Part shown: positions 27,742 through 38,283 of the stretch, piece after piece | How the letters are laid out: every line of letters starts with the position of its first letter | How positions within the stretch are numbered: position 1 is the first letter of the stretch | Source of the DNA: an uncultured virus (IMG/VR IMGVR_UViG_3300005294_000013) | Lineage: Duplodnaviria; Heunggongvirae; Uroviricota; Caudoviricetes | Direction: 5' to 3' (one strand) | Length of the DNA: 64,000 bases | IMG/VR virus record: IMGVR_UViG_3300005294_000013 | Position numbers and translations under genes: made by a program | Notes under the pieces: model-generated | What the model was told of the DNA's origin: nothing | Database searches by the model: none | The model's input: only the letters and a program-made list of their open reading frames with translations

Positions 27742-28083
27742 ATGCCTAGCTTCCTGAGCCCGAGCGGCTCGTTCTTCATGTCGGACGCCACCGCTGTAAC
27801 GACGGTAAACGTGCCGACGACCGGCCAGACCTACACAATGTCGGCTAGCCAGGACGAGGTTTACTTTAATCACTCGGCGACGATCGCCGCGTTGACCGTG
27901 AAACTGCCAGGCGGCCCTAGGCCAGGCGACGCCGTGGTCCTCAAATTCCGCGCGATCGTCACAACCCTGACGGTGCAGAACGCCGCCGCCGTGACCGTAG
28001 CGACGGCACCGGTTACCGCCACGGCTGGGCAGAAGCAGGAATATCGCTACGTCGACGCCACGGTTGGCTGGGTTTATTGGTAA
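27742..28083 (+). CDS. Small beta-rich virion protein
   Basis: SD GAGGAG; ATIAALTVKLP motif. Confidence 0.65.
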   Translation: MPSFLSPSGSFFMSDATAVTTVNVPTTGQTYTMSASQDEVYFNHSATIAALTVKLPGGPRPGDAVVLKFRAIVTTLTVQNAAAVTVATAPVTATAGQKQEYRYVDATVGWVYW

Positions 28084-28086
28084 GCG

Positions 28087-29802
28087 ATGGCGCGCTTCCT
28101 GGTCAGAGGGATGGGGGGCATGGTCCCCCGCCTAGATCCTGGCATGCTGCCCGACCCAATGGCGGAGCGGGCGCAGGATTGCGACTTTCGTAGTGGCAAC
28201 CTCGACGGGTTGCCGGTGCTGGAGTTTGTTGTGTCGCTGCCGGGCGCGCGCAAAGCTTATTACTTCCCCAACGCCGATAACACTCAGAATACATGGCTAC
28301 CTCTGCCGTCCGAGTTTTCGAGTGTTTGCCGATCGCCATTAACCAATGACGCGTTTCGGCGGATCTACTGGACAAACCCCGGTGATATATCGCCACACTG
28401 GTCTACTTATGCGGATGTTCAGGCGGGGAATCCTCCGCTTGATCTCGGCATAGAGCAACCGTTTACCGGTCCTGGCGGCGCCCTTACGGTAACGGCGGTT
28501 GGTGGTACGACAACAATCCCGCAAGTGGCACGTAGTTACGTTTTCACCTATCTGAACATATACGGTGAAGAGAGCGCGCCAAACGCTCCGAGTGAGGTTG
28601 TCGAAGGGGCGCCGGATGGCGTGTGGACTATTACGGGGCTACCGACAGTACCGCCAACGCCAACCTCCGGCAGAGCTTACTCACCGGTAACGATAGTGAG
28701 GCTTTATCGTACCGTAACAGGATTACAGACCGGCGCCTCGTTTTACATGGTAGGTCAGTGGACCTGGACCGATCCGGTGCCAAATCCGGTTATCGATGGT
28801 ACTAGCGATTTTGATATTATTGATAATCCTACGCTGGCTTCGACGAGCTGGGCTAACCCGCCGGACTACCTCGACGGTTTGGTGGCACTACCCGGCGGCA
28901 TGATGGTGGGCTTCACCGGTACGACAATTCATTTTTGCGAACCGTATCGTCCGCATACATGGCCGGCGGTCTATGACCAGTCGGTGTTGTACGATATTGT
29001 CGCGTTGACAACCTGGAATCAGTCACTTGCTATAATAACTGCCGGCTTTTTATCGGCGGGTACCGGTAACTCGCCGGCTAATTATATTGTAAATCAAACT
29101 CAGGTGGCAGAGCCATGTATCTCGCGCGGCTCGGTAGTCACCGATATTCAGGGAGTCATTTACTCCTCGCAAAATGGTTTGGTAAAGACCAATTATTTTC
29201 AAGCCGAAATTATCACGTTGGATATGATGAACAAGGATACGTGGCTTACATCATATCACGGGGCTACTATTTTCGGAGCACGGCACCGCGCCGAGTATAT
29301 CGCCATCCACAGCGACGGTGGTTTTATTTTTGATGGTACTGATAGGCATACCGGTTTTATCTTACTGAACAACCTCGACCGCGCTACCTCGATCTGGAAC
29401 GACGAGTTTGAGGGTAATACGTATGTGATGATTGATAGTAAGGTGTATCTTTGGGACAGCCCAACGGCAGACCATCAGACCTACCAGTGGGTGTCAAAGC
29501 AGTTTTACGCGCCACAGCCGATTAGCCTGGGCGCTGCTCATGTGACATCGAGCCGCCGGGTTGACGACGTGTTACCGCCTGACCCGTCGGGATTGCTTCC
29601 CGACGGGGTGCGGGCGCGGTTCAGGATTTATGCCGGGCAGGATATGACGCTGATCATGGAGCGGGATATCGAGAAGCCAACTGATATCTTCCGCCTGCCG
29701 AGTGGCTTCCGTGCCTTTGACTGGCAAATCGAGCTAATCGGCCGGGTACGTATCGACAGTGTGGAACTAGCCAGCACCATGAAGGAGCTTCAAGGTGTCT
29801 GA
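28087..29802 (+). CDS. Tail nozzle / stabilisation protein (tail tubular B-like)
   Basis: GMVPRLDP, RSYVFTY...GEESAP, FCEPYRPHTWP, FRLPSGFRA..WQIE. Confidence 0.8.
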   Translation: MARFLVRGMGGMVPRLDPGMLPDPMAERAQDCDFRSGNLDGLPVLEFVVSLPGARKAYYFPNADNTQNTWLPLPSEFSSVCRSPLTNDAFRRIYWTNPGDISPHWSTYADVQAGNPPLDLGIEQPFTGPGGALTVTAVGGTTTIPQVARSYVFTYLNIYGEESAPNAPSEVVEGAPDGVWTITGLPTVPPTPTSGRAYSPVTIVRLYRTVTGLQTGASFYMVGQWTWTDPVPNPVIDGTSDFDIIDNPTLASTSWANPPDYLDGLVALPGGMMVGFTGTTIHFCEPYRPHTWPAVYDQSVLYDIVALTTWNQSLAIITAGFLSAGTGNSPANYIVNQTQVAEPCISRGSVVTDIQGVIYSSQNGLVKTNYFQAEIITLDMMNKDTWLTSYHGATIFGARHRAEYIAIHSDGGFIFDGTDRHTGFILLNNLDRATSIWNDEFEGNTYVMIDSKVYLWDSPTADHQTYQWVSKQFYAPQPISLGAAHVTSSRRVDDVLPPDPSGLLPDGVRARFRIYAGQDMTLIMERDIEKPTDIFRLPSGFRAFDWQIELIGRVRIDSVELASTMKELQGV

Positions 29803-32800
29803 CGTTATCGCTGTCAAAAAGCCGTTTGTTATCGTAGCAAATAAAAATGTACCGCAGATACAAAATCCTGTAGCTGATCTTGCTTCGTTAGCGACGGTCG
29901 TAAGATCGCTAAAACAAGGTGTTGAAAGTCTTGGTGGGTACCGCGGTCCTCTGCCAGGTCGAGCGGTTACCTTTAACGATTTATTTGGCCTAGGGATAAT
30001 TCCACCGACGACGTTTGACGGGACTACCGGGGCGGGTACGCCCGGTGGTGGTGGGACGATAACCAGTGTTGTGGCGGGCGACGGTTTGACCGGTGGCGGC
30101 ACCTCGGGCACGGTCACGCTAAGCTTGTCGACGCCGGTTACCATCGAGCATGGCGGGACGAACGCAATTACAGCTTCGGCAGCGCTGGCTAACCTCGGTG
30201 GTGCTCCGCTTATCAGTCCGGTTTTTACCGGCGACCCTCGCGCGCCGACGCCGGCCCCTGGCGACAACGACACGAGCATCGCGACGACCGCTTTCGTCCA
30301 TGCCGGCGACGTGTTTCTGCAAAACCAGATTGACAGCATAGCCGGTGGTGGCGGCATTGGGACGATAACCGGGGTGGCGGCTGGCACCGGCCTAACTGGC
30401 GGCGGCACGAGTGGCGGCGTCACCTTGTCGTTGATCGTGCCGGTCACGGTGGCGCTGGGGGGCACTGGGGCGACGACAGCGCCGGCCGCGCTGGCAAATC
30501 TTGGCGGTGCCCCTCTAATCTCGCCAGTCTTCACGGGCAATCCCCGTGCGCCGACGCCCGCGCCTGGGGACGCTGATACCAGCATAGCGACAACCGCTTT
30601 TGTTACTGCTGCGATAGATGCCAGCTCAGGCGTGTCGGTTACCGATACTCCCCCAGTAGCTCCCATACAAGGCGACATGTGGTGGGATGGGGTATCTGGG
30701 CAATTATATGTGTGGGTAAATGATGGCACTTCCAGCCAGTGGGTTGTCGTAGTTAATCAACCAGGGCCGGCTGGTATTACCGGCGCTACTGGACCGCAGG
30801 GACCAACTGGTGCTGCTTCGACTGTACCTGGACCTGTCGGACCCACAGGTCCGACAGGTGCGACTGGGCCGCAAGGACCAAACATTACCGTTAGCGATAT
30901 AGCGCCGTCTTCTCCGACACAGGGGATTGGTTGGTTTGATGGTGTATCTGGGCAGCTTTATATTTGGGTAAACGACGGTACCTCTAGTCAGTGGGTAATT
31001 GCGGTTAACCAGCCGGGCCCTGCCGGGGCGGTAGGAGCTACTGGGCCGACTGGTGCGACAGGTGCCGCTTCGACTGTGCCGGGGCCGGCTGGGCCGACGG
31101 GGCCGGCGGGGCCTACGGGGCTGACGGGCGCAACAGGGCCTGCGGGTGCGGATGGGGCGACAGGACCGGCGGGGCCAAACTGGACGGTAGGCACCGGCCT
31201 CACCCTGAATACTCTTACCGATCCCGATACAATCCTGCTTACGATCCCCGTTGCGGTTACTAGCGGTGGGACCGGCGCGATAACGGCGGCGGCTGGACTG
31301 GCTAACCTCGGCGGTGCGCCGTTGGCCTCGCCTGTATTCACAGGCAATCCTACGGCTCCGACGCCAACGGCTGGCGATAATGATACATCTGTTGCGACAA
31401 CAGCTTTCGTTACGTCGGCAATAACAGCATCGCCAAATAAGACAATAACTATAACCGGCGATGTCGATGGTTCAGGTACATCAGCTATTACTCTAATTCT
31501 TGATACGGTTAACGCAAACGTAGGTACATTCCAGGGTATCACAGTTAATGGTAAGGGACTAGTTACTGCTGCTATCGATATGGGTTATGCGCCTTTGCTT
31601 AACCCTGCGTTTATCGGTAATCCAACGGCACCAACACCGGCTACGGCCGATAGCGATACCTCGATAGCAACAACTGCGTTTGTTAAGGCGCAAGGGTATG
31701 CGCCACTTGCTAGTCCTGTGTTCACAGGTGATCCTAGAGCACCGACACCGGCTACGTCTGATAGTGATACGAGCATTGCGACAACTGCTTTTGTCAAGGC
31801 GCAGGGGTATAAGGTTACTGGTACGGTGATCGGTGATACACCGCCCGGCAGCCCGGTATTTGGAGATGCTTGGTGGGACAGTGTCAGCGGGCAGTTGTTT
31901 ATTTGGTACGGGGACGGAACCTCAAATCAATGGGTTGTTGCTACTAACCAGCCTGGGCCTCCAGGGGCTACAGGTGTGGCTGGAGCAACGGGACCGACAG
32001 GGCCAGCGGGCGCCGACTCGACAGTACCGGGTCCGGCTGGGCCAACGGGACCGACGGGCGCAACCGGCGCAACCGGCGCAACCGGCGCGCCAGGACAGAC
32101 TTGGACCGTAGGTACCGGCCTCACCCTCGCCGCTAATGTCATCTCGCTCACGATCCCGGTGGCGATCACCTTGGGCGGCACCGGGGCGATCACTGCGGTA
32201 GCGGCCCTGACCAATCTGGGTGCGGCACCGATAGCGAGTCCGACGTTTACGGGCGTGCCTGCTGCGCCGACTGCCGTCGCCAATACGAATACAACCCAGC
32301 TTGCGACGACGGCTTTTGTGCAGCAGGAGCTTGCCGCCGACATTGCTTTGTATCTGCCTCTCGTGGGCGGCACGCTTACCGGTAAGCTAAACACGGTGGT
32401 GAGTGCTGCCGGGGCCGCTGGGCTTACCCTGCCGCACGGAGCTGCCCCGACAACGCCGGTTAATGGCGATTTGTGGACGACGACCGCAGGATTGTTCGCC
32501 CGCATCAATGCTGTGACGATTGGGCCGTTTAGCGGCATCCAGACTATCACCCTGACCGGCGACGTTACCGGCTCGGGCACCGGCTCGTTTGCTACGGCGA
32601 TAGCTGCTGGCGTTGTCGGGACTGCCGAGCTTGCTAACGCGAACGTGACTTATGCTAAAATTCAGAACGTCACAGCAGCTAGACTTTTAGGTAATCCCAC
32701 AGGCACGGCGGCGGCACCATCGGAGATTAGCCTCGGGACGGGTCTGTCCTTCGCCGGTACGGTTCTCAACGCCGCTGCGGCGCCGGTTGTGATTTCTGGC

Positions 32801-35800
32801 ATGACCGCTGGGCAGATACCTATAGCTGCGACGGCGACGACGATAACCTCAAGTGCTAACTTATCTGGAGATATAACCAGTAATGCTACGTTAGTTGCGA
32901 CGCTGGCGACGGTTAACGCGAATGTAGGCACGTTCCAGGGCATCACGGTTAACGCAAAGGGCTTGGTTACTGCTGCGGTTAACCAGGGATACATTACTGG
33001 TAACCAGACTATTACTATTACTGGCGATGTCGATGGCTCAGGCACGACTGCAATAGCATTAACTCTCGATACAGTTAATGCCAACGTAGGTACGTTCCAG
33101 GGGTTGACAGTAAATGCGAAGGGGCTGGTTACCTCTGCCGTTAATCAGAGCTATGCTCCTCTTGCTAGTCCCGTGTTTACTGGTAATCCTACAGCGCCTA
33201 CACCTACGGCTGGCGATAACGATCTCAGCATAGCAACAACTGCTTTTGTTACGGCGGCGATCAACGCTTATCCTGGCGTTACGTTAAGTGACACGGCACC
33301 GGTTGCTCCTATTGTCGGAGATCAGTGGTACGACAGTGTCGGCGGCCAGATGTACGTCTGGTTTAATGACGGTACGTCGTCGCAGTGGGTACCAGTGTCA
33401 AACCAGCCAGGACCGGCTGGTGCAACCGGCGCAACCGGCGCAACCGGCGCAACCGGCGCAACCGGCGCAACTGGCGCGGATGGTGCGCCGGGGCAAACCT
33501 GGACCGTAGGTACCGGTCTCACCCTTGCTGCTAATATCATCTCGCTCACGATCCCGGTTGCGATAACCTCGGGCGGCACGGGTGCGATTACTGCGGCGGC
33601 GGCTCTGACTAATCTGGGTGCGGCGCCGATAGCGAGTCCGACCTTCACTGGGATACCTGCTGCGCCAACCGCTGCTGTCGCGACGAGCACCACACAGATC
33701 GCAACCACTGCATTCGTACAACAAGAGATTACTGCTGATCTTGCGGGTTACTTACCGCTGACTGGGGGTACATTAAGTAATGGGTTGAGTTTTGGTGCGG
33801 CGCTTGCTGCTACGCCGACGACTTTAACCAGACACATTCTTCTACATACCGCAGGTTATGGCTTTAGCGTTACTAGCGGTTCGATAAATTACGTTACCGC
33901 TGCTGGAGGTGGTCACGGATTTTATATTGGTGCAGTAAATCCAGTCAGGGTTGCTGGCACTGGACTAATACTTAATGGAGCAACATCTGGCTCTGTAACC
34001 TTAGCTGTCCCTGCTGTCGCTGGTGCAAACACAATCACGTTCCCAGCCGGCACTACTAACTTCTCGACAACAGGTGGTACTGGACAGGTTGTCAAGCAAT
34101 TGACCACAGGTGGCGCGCTGACAGTGGCGAAGTTAGCGGCGTCTGAACTCGATGCCGCAGCACAAGTCCCTGTGTTACTTGGCACCGCTACCATGGCCGC
34201 CGCTGTGCGCGGCGTGTGTGTGATGGGCAACTATGCCTATACGACAAATCAATCCGCCACTGCATTGGTTGATGTCCTTGAGATTTTCGATATAACTGTT
34301 CCAACGCTACCGGTTAAAGTCGGTGGTCTGATCCTGCCCAACCAAGGGCTCGGCCAACCAGTAGTAGCCGGGCAGATCCTATATACTGGATGTAATGTCA
34401 CTGCCAGTGGGTTGCAGATCATTGATGTTTCCAACCCGAAATTGCCGGTAGTGATCCGAAGTTTTAACGCGAGCGCCGCGGTGCAGTTTCTCGCATTGTC
34501 CGGTGCCTATCTTTACGTCGGATATGCTGGGGCGAACGCCACGTTCCGCATATACGATGTTAGTGATCCAGCTAATCCGATCCTAAAAGGTAATTACACA
34601 ACAATGGCGGGTGCAAGCGGCACTCGAACGATTGTGCTTCAAGGAAAATACGCTTTTGTTGGAACTGGACAGACGGTAGCTGGAACTGGGGGCCTTTACA
34701 TCTTCGATGTGTCTGATCCCGGCAATCCGATTCTGGTTTCAACTTACAACTGTGTAACAACAGTTTCGGGATTATGTGTCGCCGGGAAGTACCTTTATCT
34801 CCACAGTGGTACTGCCGCGAACGGAATTGAGGTTATAAATGTAGAGGATCCCGCTAACCCGGTGTTGGTTATAAATTTTGCTGTTGGTGGTGCCCCTGGC
34901 GTCGGCGGCAATCCAATCTTGTCCGGTAACTATCTGTATATAACAACCAATTCTACGACACTTGGATTGCAGGTCATTAATATCACCAATCCGGCTAGCC
35001 CTTCTCTGGTCGGAAGCGTCACGACGGTTGCTGCTGCTTTCAGTGTCGTCATGCGCGGTGAACGCCTCTATGTCACAGCGAACGCGCAATTGCGTATCTA
35101 CGACGTAATGGGGCTCGACGTTCCGGCGGTACGGACTGGGTCGGTTAACACCGATAACATTTACGTTGATGGGCAAAGCAATTTCAACGGCGATATTTAC
35201 GCTCAGCGTAGCTTGGTAGTAGGGCAGGGTGGTCTTAATTCTCGGGGGATGGTCGCTACGTCGGGTGGGTTGAGTTTTGGTTCTACCGCTAGTGCCAGTT
35301 CGACTGAGTTATCTAAGCACATTTCTATGTGGGGTATAACATTCGGTTTTAACGTCACTAGCAATAGAATAAACTACGTTGTCCCCAGTGCTGCTTCTCA
35401 TGTGTTTGTGGTAGATGCGATTGATAAATTATTTATAAATTCGACTGGTGTTGGTATTGGCGCTACTCCAAGTCACGTCTTTGATGTCACCGCTGCTTCG
35501 ACAACTGTTGCCGCAACGAATTTTGCTCAACCACATACCAATGCGAGTACGGGGAGCCAATATGCTTTTCTGATGGCAACTGATTCGACACCTACCGGCG
35601 CAACACTAACTAACTACTATGGTATATACCAAAATGGTACTTTGACGGGTGCGTCTACTACTGCTGTTACATCGTATTTTGGTGTTGCATCGAGACTAAC
35701 GGTAGATGCTACGTTTACTGGTACGGTAGCTAGTGGTTTTGCATTTTGGGCGCCGCCTCCTAGTGTTACTGCTCCTTTTAGGTTCACTAACTATACGGCG

Positions 35801-36883
35801 TTTTATACCAGTGCAATCACCAATGGTACTGGTTTAACGACAGGTACAGTCAATAATCGTGGGTTTAATGGTGCTGCTATATCTTCAGGGGCCGCAGGAG
35901 GCACAGTTAATAATCGCGCTCTGGAACTTACTGTACCGACTGGTACGGCGCCTGCATCTGGGACGGTTAATAATCGTGGTATCTATATAACTGGAGATGG
36001 TGGCGCGGCCCCTGGTGGCACGGGCGTCGTTAATAATTATGCAATTTACAATGAGAGTGCGGCTAGTGTTTATCTGTCGGCCGGGAATGTCGGGATTAAG
36101 AACGCGACCCCGCAGGCCAATCTCCATGTCGGTACCACAGCGGCTACGGCTAGAGTATATAACGCATACACTGATGCGTCGAATGGCGAATGGGCTTATT
36201 TGGGTTCTTGGTTAACTAATACTGCGTGGTATGGTACAGATAAGAACGGGACAGGCGTTGCTCGCGACGTTGTATTAGTACGCGGCGGTGTGTCGCAGAT
36301 TTTATTGCAAGGCACCGTTATTAATTGCTCGGTGCCAGTAGCAATACAGGGGACGGATAATACCGAGGCTTTTACGATTAAGAAAACGGGCGGAACCTCG
36401 TGGCTGGTATTTAAACCGGAAACGATAGCTAACTCGTTCCAGATCGGGTATTGGACAGGTGCGGCATTTGGCAATGTCGAAATTTCCGGTAGTTTGACAG
36501 TCTCGCAGCCGACTGGTGGCCCAAAGGGAGCGGGAACGCTGAACGCTATAGCCGTATATGCTAATGGCACGTTGTTGACATCCGACGCTAGTCTTAAAAG
36601 GGACATCGAGCCGCTGTCAGGATCTTGCCTGCCGCTGGTGGAGGCGGTGCAGCCTAAATCGTACCGTTGGATTGCGCCCGCCAACTCTAGTAGCGTACCG
36701 CAGGGATGGGCAGACCGACGCCGTTCCGGTTTTCTGGCACAGGATCTGGCCGGGGCTATGGGTGCCGTCCCCGGCCTCGTCGAGGGTGAGCCCGGCGACA
36801 TGGCGTTTGATGTTGGAGCGGTAATAGCAGTGCTCTGGCAGGCTGTGCGTGAGCTATCGGCAAAAGTGGATGCGCTTTCATGA
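29795..36883 (+). CDS. Giant tail fibre with collagen-like segments, fibre repeats, LVIVD propeller and C-terminal S74 chaperone
   Basis: GXY runs; 8 TTAFV repeats; IxDVSxPxxP repeats; SDASLKRDIEP...GFLAQD. Confidence 0.9.
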   Translation: MSDVIAVKKPFVIVANKNVPQIQNPVADLASLATVVRSLKQGVESLGGYRGPLPGRAVTFNDLFGLGIIPPTTFDGTTGAGTPGGGGTITSVVAGDGLTGGGTSGTVTLSLSTPVTIEHGGTNAITASAALANLGGAPLISPVFTGDPRAPTPAPGDNDTSIATTAFVHAGDVFLQNQIDSIAGGGGIGTITGVAAGTGLTGGGTSGGVTLSLIVPVTVALGGTGATTAPAALANLGGAPLISPVFTGNPRAPTPAPGDADTSIATTAFVTAAIDASSGVSVTDTPPVAPIQGDMWWDGVSGQLYVWVNDGTSSQWVVVVNQPGPAGITGATGPQGPTGAASTVPGPVGPTGPTGATGPQGPNITVSDIAPSSPTQGIGWFDGVSGQLYIWVNDGTSSQWVIAVNQPGPAGAVGATGPTGATGAASTVPGPAGPTGPAGPTGLTGATGPAGADGATGPAGPNWTVGTGLTLNTLTDPDTILLTIPVAVTSGGTGAITAAAGLANLGGAPLASPVFTGNPTAPTPTAGDNDTSVATTAFVTSAITASPNKTITITGDVDGSGTSAITLILDTVNANVGTFQGITVNGKGLVTAAIDMGYAPLLNPAFIGNPTAPTPATADSDTSIATTAFVKAQGYAPLASPVFTGDPRAPTPATSDSDTSIATTAFVKAQGYKVTGTVIGDTPPGSPVFGDAWWDSVSGQLFIWYGDGTSNQWVVATNQPGPPGATGVAGATGPTGPAGADSTVPGPAGPTGPTGATGATGATGAPGQTWTVGTGLTLAANVISLTIPVAITLGGTGAITAVAALTNLGAAPIASPTFTGVPAAPTAVANTNTTQLATTAFVQQELAADIALYLPLVGGTLTGKLNTVVSAAGAAGLTLPHGAAPTTPVNGDLWTTTAGLFARINAVTIGPFSGIQTITLTGDVTGSGTGSFATAIAAGVVGTAELANANVTYAKIQNVTAARLLGNPTGTAAAPSEISLGTGLSFAGTVLNAAAAPVVISGMTAGQIPIAATATTITSSANLSGDITSNATLVATLATVNANVGTFQGITVNAKGLVTAAVNQGYITGNQTITITGDVDGSGTTAIALTLDTVNANVGTFQGLTVNAKGLVTSAVNQSYAPLASPVFTGNPTAPTPTAGDNDLSIATTAFVTAAINAYPGVTLSDTAPVAPIVGDQWYDSVGGQMYVWFNDGTSSQWVPVSNQPGPAGATGATGATGATGATGATGADGAPGQTWTVGTGLTLAANIISLTIPVAITSGGTGAITAAAALTNLGAAPIASPTFTGIPAAPTAAVATSTTQIATTAFVQQEITADLAGYLPLTGGTLSNGLSFGAALAATPTTLTRHILLHTAGYGFSVTSGSINYVTAAGGGHGFYIGAVNPVRVAGTGLILNGATSGSVTLAVPAVAGANTITFPAGTTNFSTTGGTGQVVKQLTTGGALTVAKLAASELDAAAQVPVLLGTATMAAAVRGVCVMGNYAYTTNQSATALVDVLEIFDITVPTLPVKVGGLILPNQGLGQPVVAGQILYTGCNVTASGLQIIDVSNPKLPVVIRSFNASAAVQFLALSGAYLYVGYAGANATFRIYDVSDPANPILKGNYTTMAGASGTRTIVLQGKYAFVGTGQTVAGTGGLYIFDVSDPGNPILVSTYNCVTTVSGLCVAGKYLYLHSGTAANGIEVINVEDPANPVLVINFAVGGAPGVGGNPILSGNYLYITTNSTTLGLQVINITNPASPSLVGSVTTVAAAFSVVMRGERLYVTANAQLRIYDVMGLDVPAVRTGSVNTDNIYVDGQSNFNGDIYAQRSLVVGQGGLNSRGMVATSGGLSFGSTASASSTELSKHISMWGITFGFNVTSNRINYVVPSAASHVFVVDAIDKLFINSTGVGIGATPSHVFDVTAASTTVAATNFAQPHTNASTGSQYAFLMATDSTPTGATLTNYYGIYQNGTLTGASTTAVTSYFGVASRLTVDATFTGTVASGFAFWAPPPSVTAPFRFTNYTAFYTSAITNGTGLTTGTVNNRGFNGAAISSGAAGGTVNNRALELTVPTGTAPASGTVNNRGIYITGDGGAAPGGTGVVNNYAIYNESAASVYLSAGNVGIKNATPQANLHVGTTAATARVYNAYTDASNGEWAYLGSWLTNTAWYGTDKNGTGVARDVVLVRGGVSQILLQGTVINCSVPVAIQGTDNTEAFTIKKTGGTSWLVFKPETIANSFQIGYWTGAAFGNVEISGSLTVSQPTGGPKGAGTLNAIAVYANGTLLTSDASLKRDIEPLSGSCLPLVEAVQPKSYRWIAPANSSSVPQGWADRRRSGFLAQDLAGAMGAVPGLVEGEPGDMAFDVGAVIAVLWQAVRELSAKVDALS
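33422..33475 (+). repeat. 9-bp tandem repeat GCAACCGGC (5 perfect, 1 variant) encoding Gly-Ala-Thr triplets
   Basis: Read directly; a shorter run at ~32060-32086. Confidence 0.9.
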
Positions 36884-37179
36884 CCGATTTTATCGTGTCG
36901 ATCACCGATCCCGTGCAGCTTGCAGGAATCACCTGGGCACGGCAGCAATACAACGCGGCGATCCCGCCGCCTCCACCGGATTACCAGCCGTCGGGTATCG
37001 AGGAGGAGATGGTTAATATAAGTCCGCAATCCACCGTCGTTATCGATACTGACGAAGAGTATGTGCAGTGGGTGATGGAGCAGGCGGCGATTAGTTACGC
37101 CGATCAGCAACTCAAGTCTGAATATCAGACAGCGTATGAAACCGACGTAAAGACCCGTTCAGGAGGTAAAAATGCTTAA
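36880..37179 (+). CDS. Hypothetical protein after fibre
   Basis: ATGA-coupled. Confidence 0.6.
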   Translation: MTDFIVSITDPVQLAGITWARQQYNAAIPPPPPDYQPSGIEEEMVNISPQSTVVIDTDEEYVQWVMEQAAISYADQQLKSEYQTAYETDVKTRSGGKNA

Positions 37180-37390
37180 TGGTGCAGCGCAGGAATCTGG
37201 AGGGTTTAACCAAAGCAGCAGTGGTTTTACCGCTGAAGACATCCACCGCCAGCAACGCGTTAATCTAATGATGCGGGTGCTAGACCTGGAGTGCGAAAAC
37301 GCGCTATTGCAACAGGAGGTACAACAACTAAAAAGTCGACTGGCTAATCCTCCTTCCATGGACATCGAGCATAGGGCGCCTCTCGAATGA
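37172..37390 (+). CDS. Small coiled-coil protein
   Basis: SD AGGAGG; heptad segment. Confidence 0.6.
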   Translation: MLNGAAQESGGFNQSSSGFTAEDIHRQQRVNLMMRVLDLECENALLQQEVQQLKSRLANPPSMDIEHRAPLE

Positions 37391-37402
37391 TGGAGTTGAC
37401 TT

Positions 37403-37792
37403 GTGTTGAATTTTCCTGACGCTCCTACCCTCAACCAAGTCTTTACCGCTGCCGGTAGATCTTGGTCGTGGGATGGTACGAAGTGGATCGTATCCGGCGC
37501 GGCGCCGGCGACGATGATCGTTGTCAACAATACAACAACCCTAACCACCGGCTTTACTGGGTTTGTGCGGGTTGAGAACAACACCAGCGCACCGATCACG
37601 ATCACGCTGCCGCTTACTCCCACCGCTAGTCAAACGATAACGCTTAAGGATATGCTCGGTAATGCCGGTACCTATCCGGTTACCGTTAATGGTAACGGTA
37701 AAACTATCGAGGGTATGACGACACAGATACTTGCGTTTAATTTTAGTTGGCTGGATCTGATTTATACCGGCGTGCAGTGGGGCCAGACGTGA
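37403..37792 (+). CDS. Small virion protein, paralogous to C-terminus of 24894..25676
   Basis: LNFPDAPTLNQVF...WSWDGTKW; ITITLP...KD..GNAGTY. Confidence 0.7.
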   Translation: MLNFPDAPTLNQVFTAAGRSWSWDGTKWIVSGAAPATMIVVNNTTTLTTGFTGFVRVENNTSAPITITLPLTPTASQTITLKDMLGNAGTYPVTVNGNGKTIEGMTTQILAFNFSWLDLIYTGVQWGQT

Positions 37793-38283
37793 GCGAGATC
37801 CGTATCAACGCCCCCGGCGCGGGGGAGTGGATCATGCAGCGGGCTGGCGGGACGTTCATGCCCGGTCACGCACACTCACTGTCGACTCACCGCGGTGACG
37901 AGCTGGTGGGTGGATTTGTCCTCGACAGCTTTACGGGGGTCTGCGCCTGCGTGCATATGGCGGGGGCACCGGGCTGGTGCACACCCGACCTGTTGTGGAT
38001 GGTGTTTGACTACAGTTTTAACCAGCTCGGCACCAAGAAGCTTCTGGCGATGGTGCGCTCGGACAATTACCTCGCGCTCTCGCTCGATCTGCGCGCCGGC
38101 TGGCGGGTAGAGACGCTGGTGCGCGACATGTACGGGGAGGGGGTGCACGCCTTTGTTCTCTACATGAAGCCGGAGTTCTGTCGGTGGCTTAACCACGTTC
38201 CGAAAGGGTGGCGGGTTCCTAGTAGAGATGTAGTATCCTCTGCCGATCTGAAAGGGGAACCGACGTGGGCAGTAAAAACGTAG
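37747..38283 (+). CDS. GNAT-family acetyltransferase-like protein (start probably GTG near 37790)
   Basis: VFDYSFNQLGTKKLLAMVRSDNYLALSLDLRAGW. Confidence 0.75.
   Translation: MAGSDLYRRAVGPDVSEIRINAPGAGEWIMQRAGGTFMPGHAHSLSTHRGDELVGGFVLDSFTGVCACVHMAGAPGWCTPDLLWMVFDYSFNQLGTKKLLAMVRSDNYLALSLDLRAGWRVETLVRDMYGEGVHAFVLYMKPEFCRWLNHVPKGWRVPSRDVVSSADLKGEPTWAVKT

Noticed and set aside
32050..33740. Diversity-generating retroelement TR/VR pair in the fibre gene
   Set aside because: Both copies are in-frame coding modules, differences are not adenine-specific, and no reverse transcriptase was seen.
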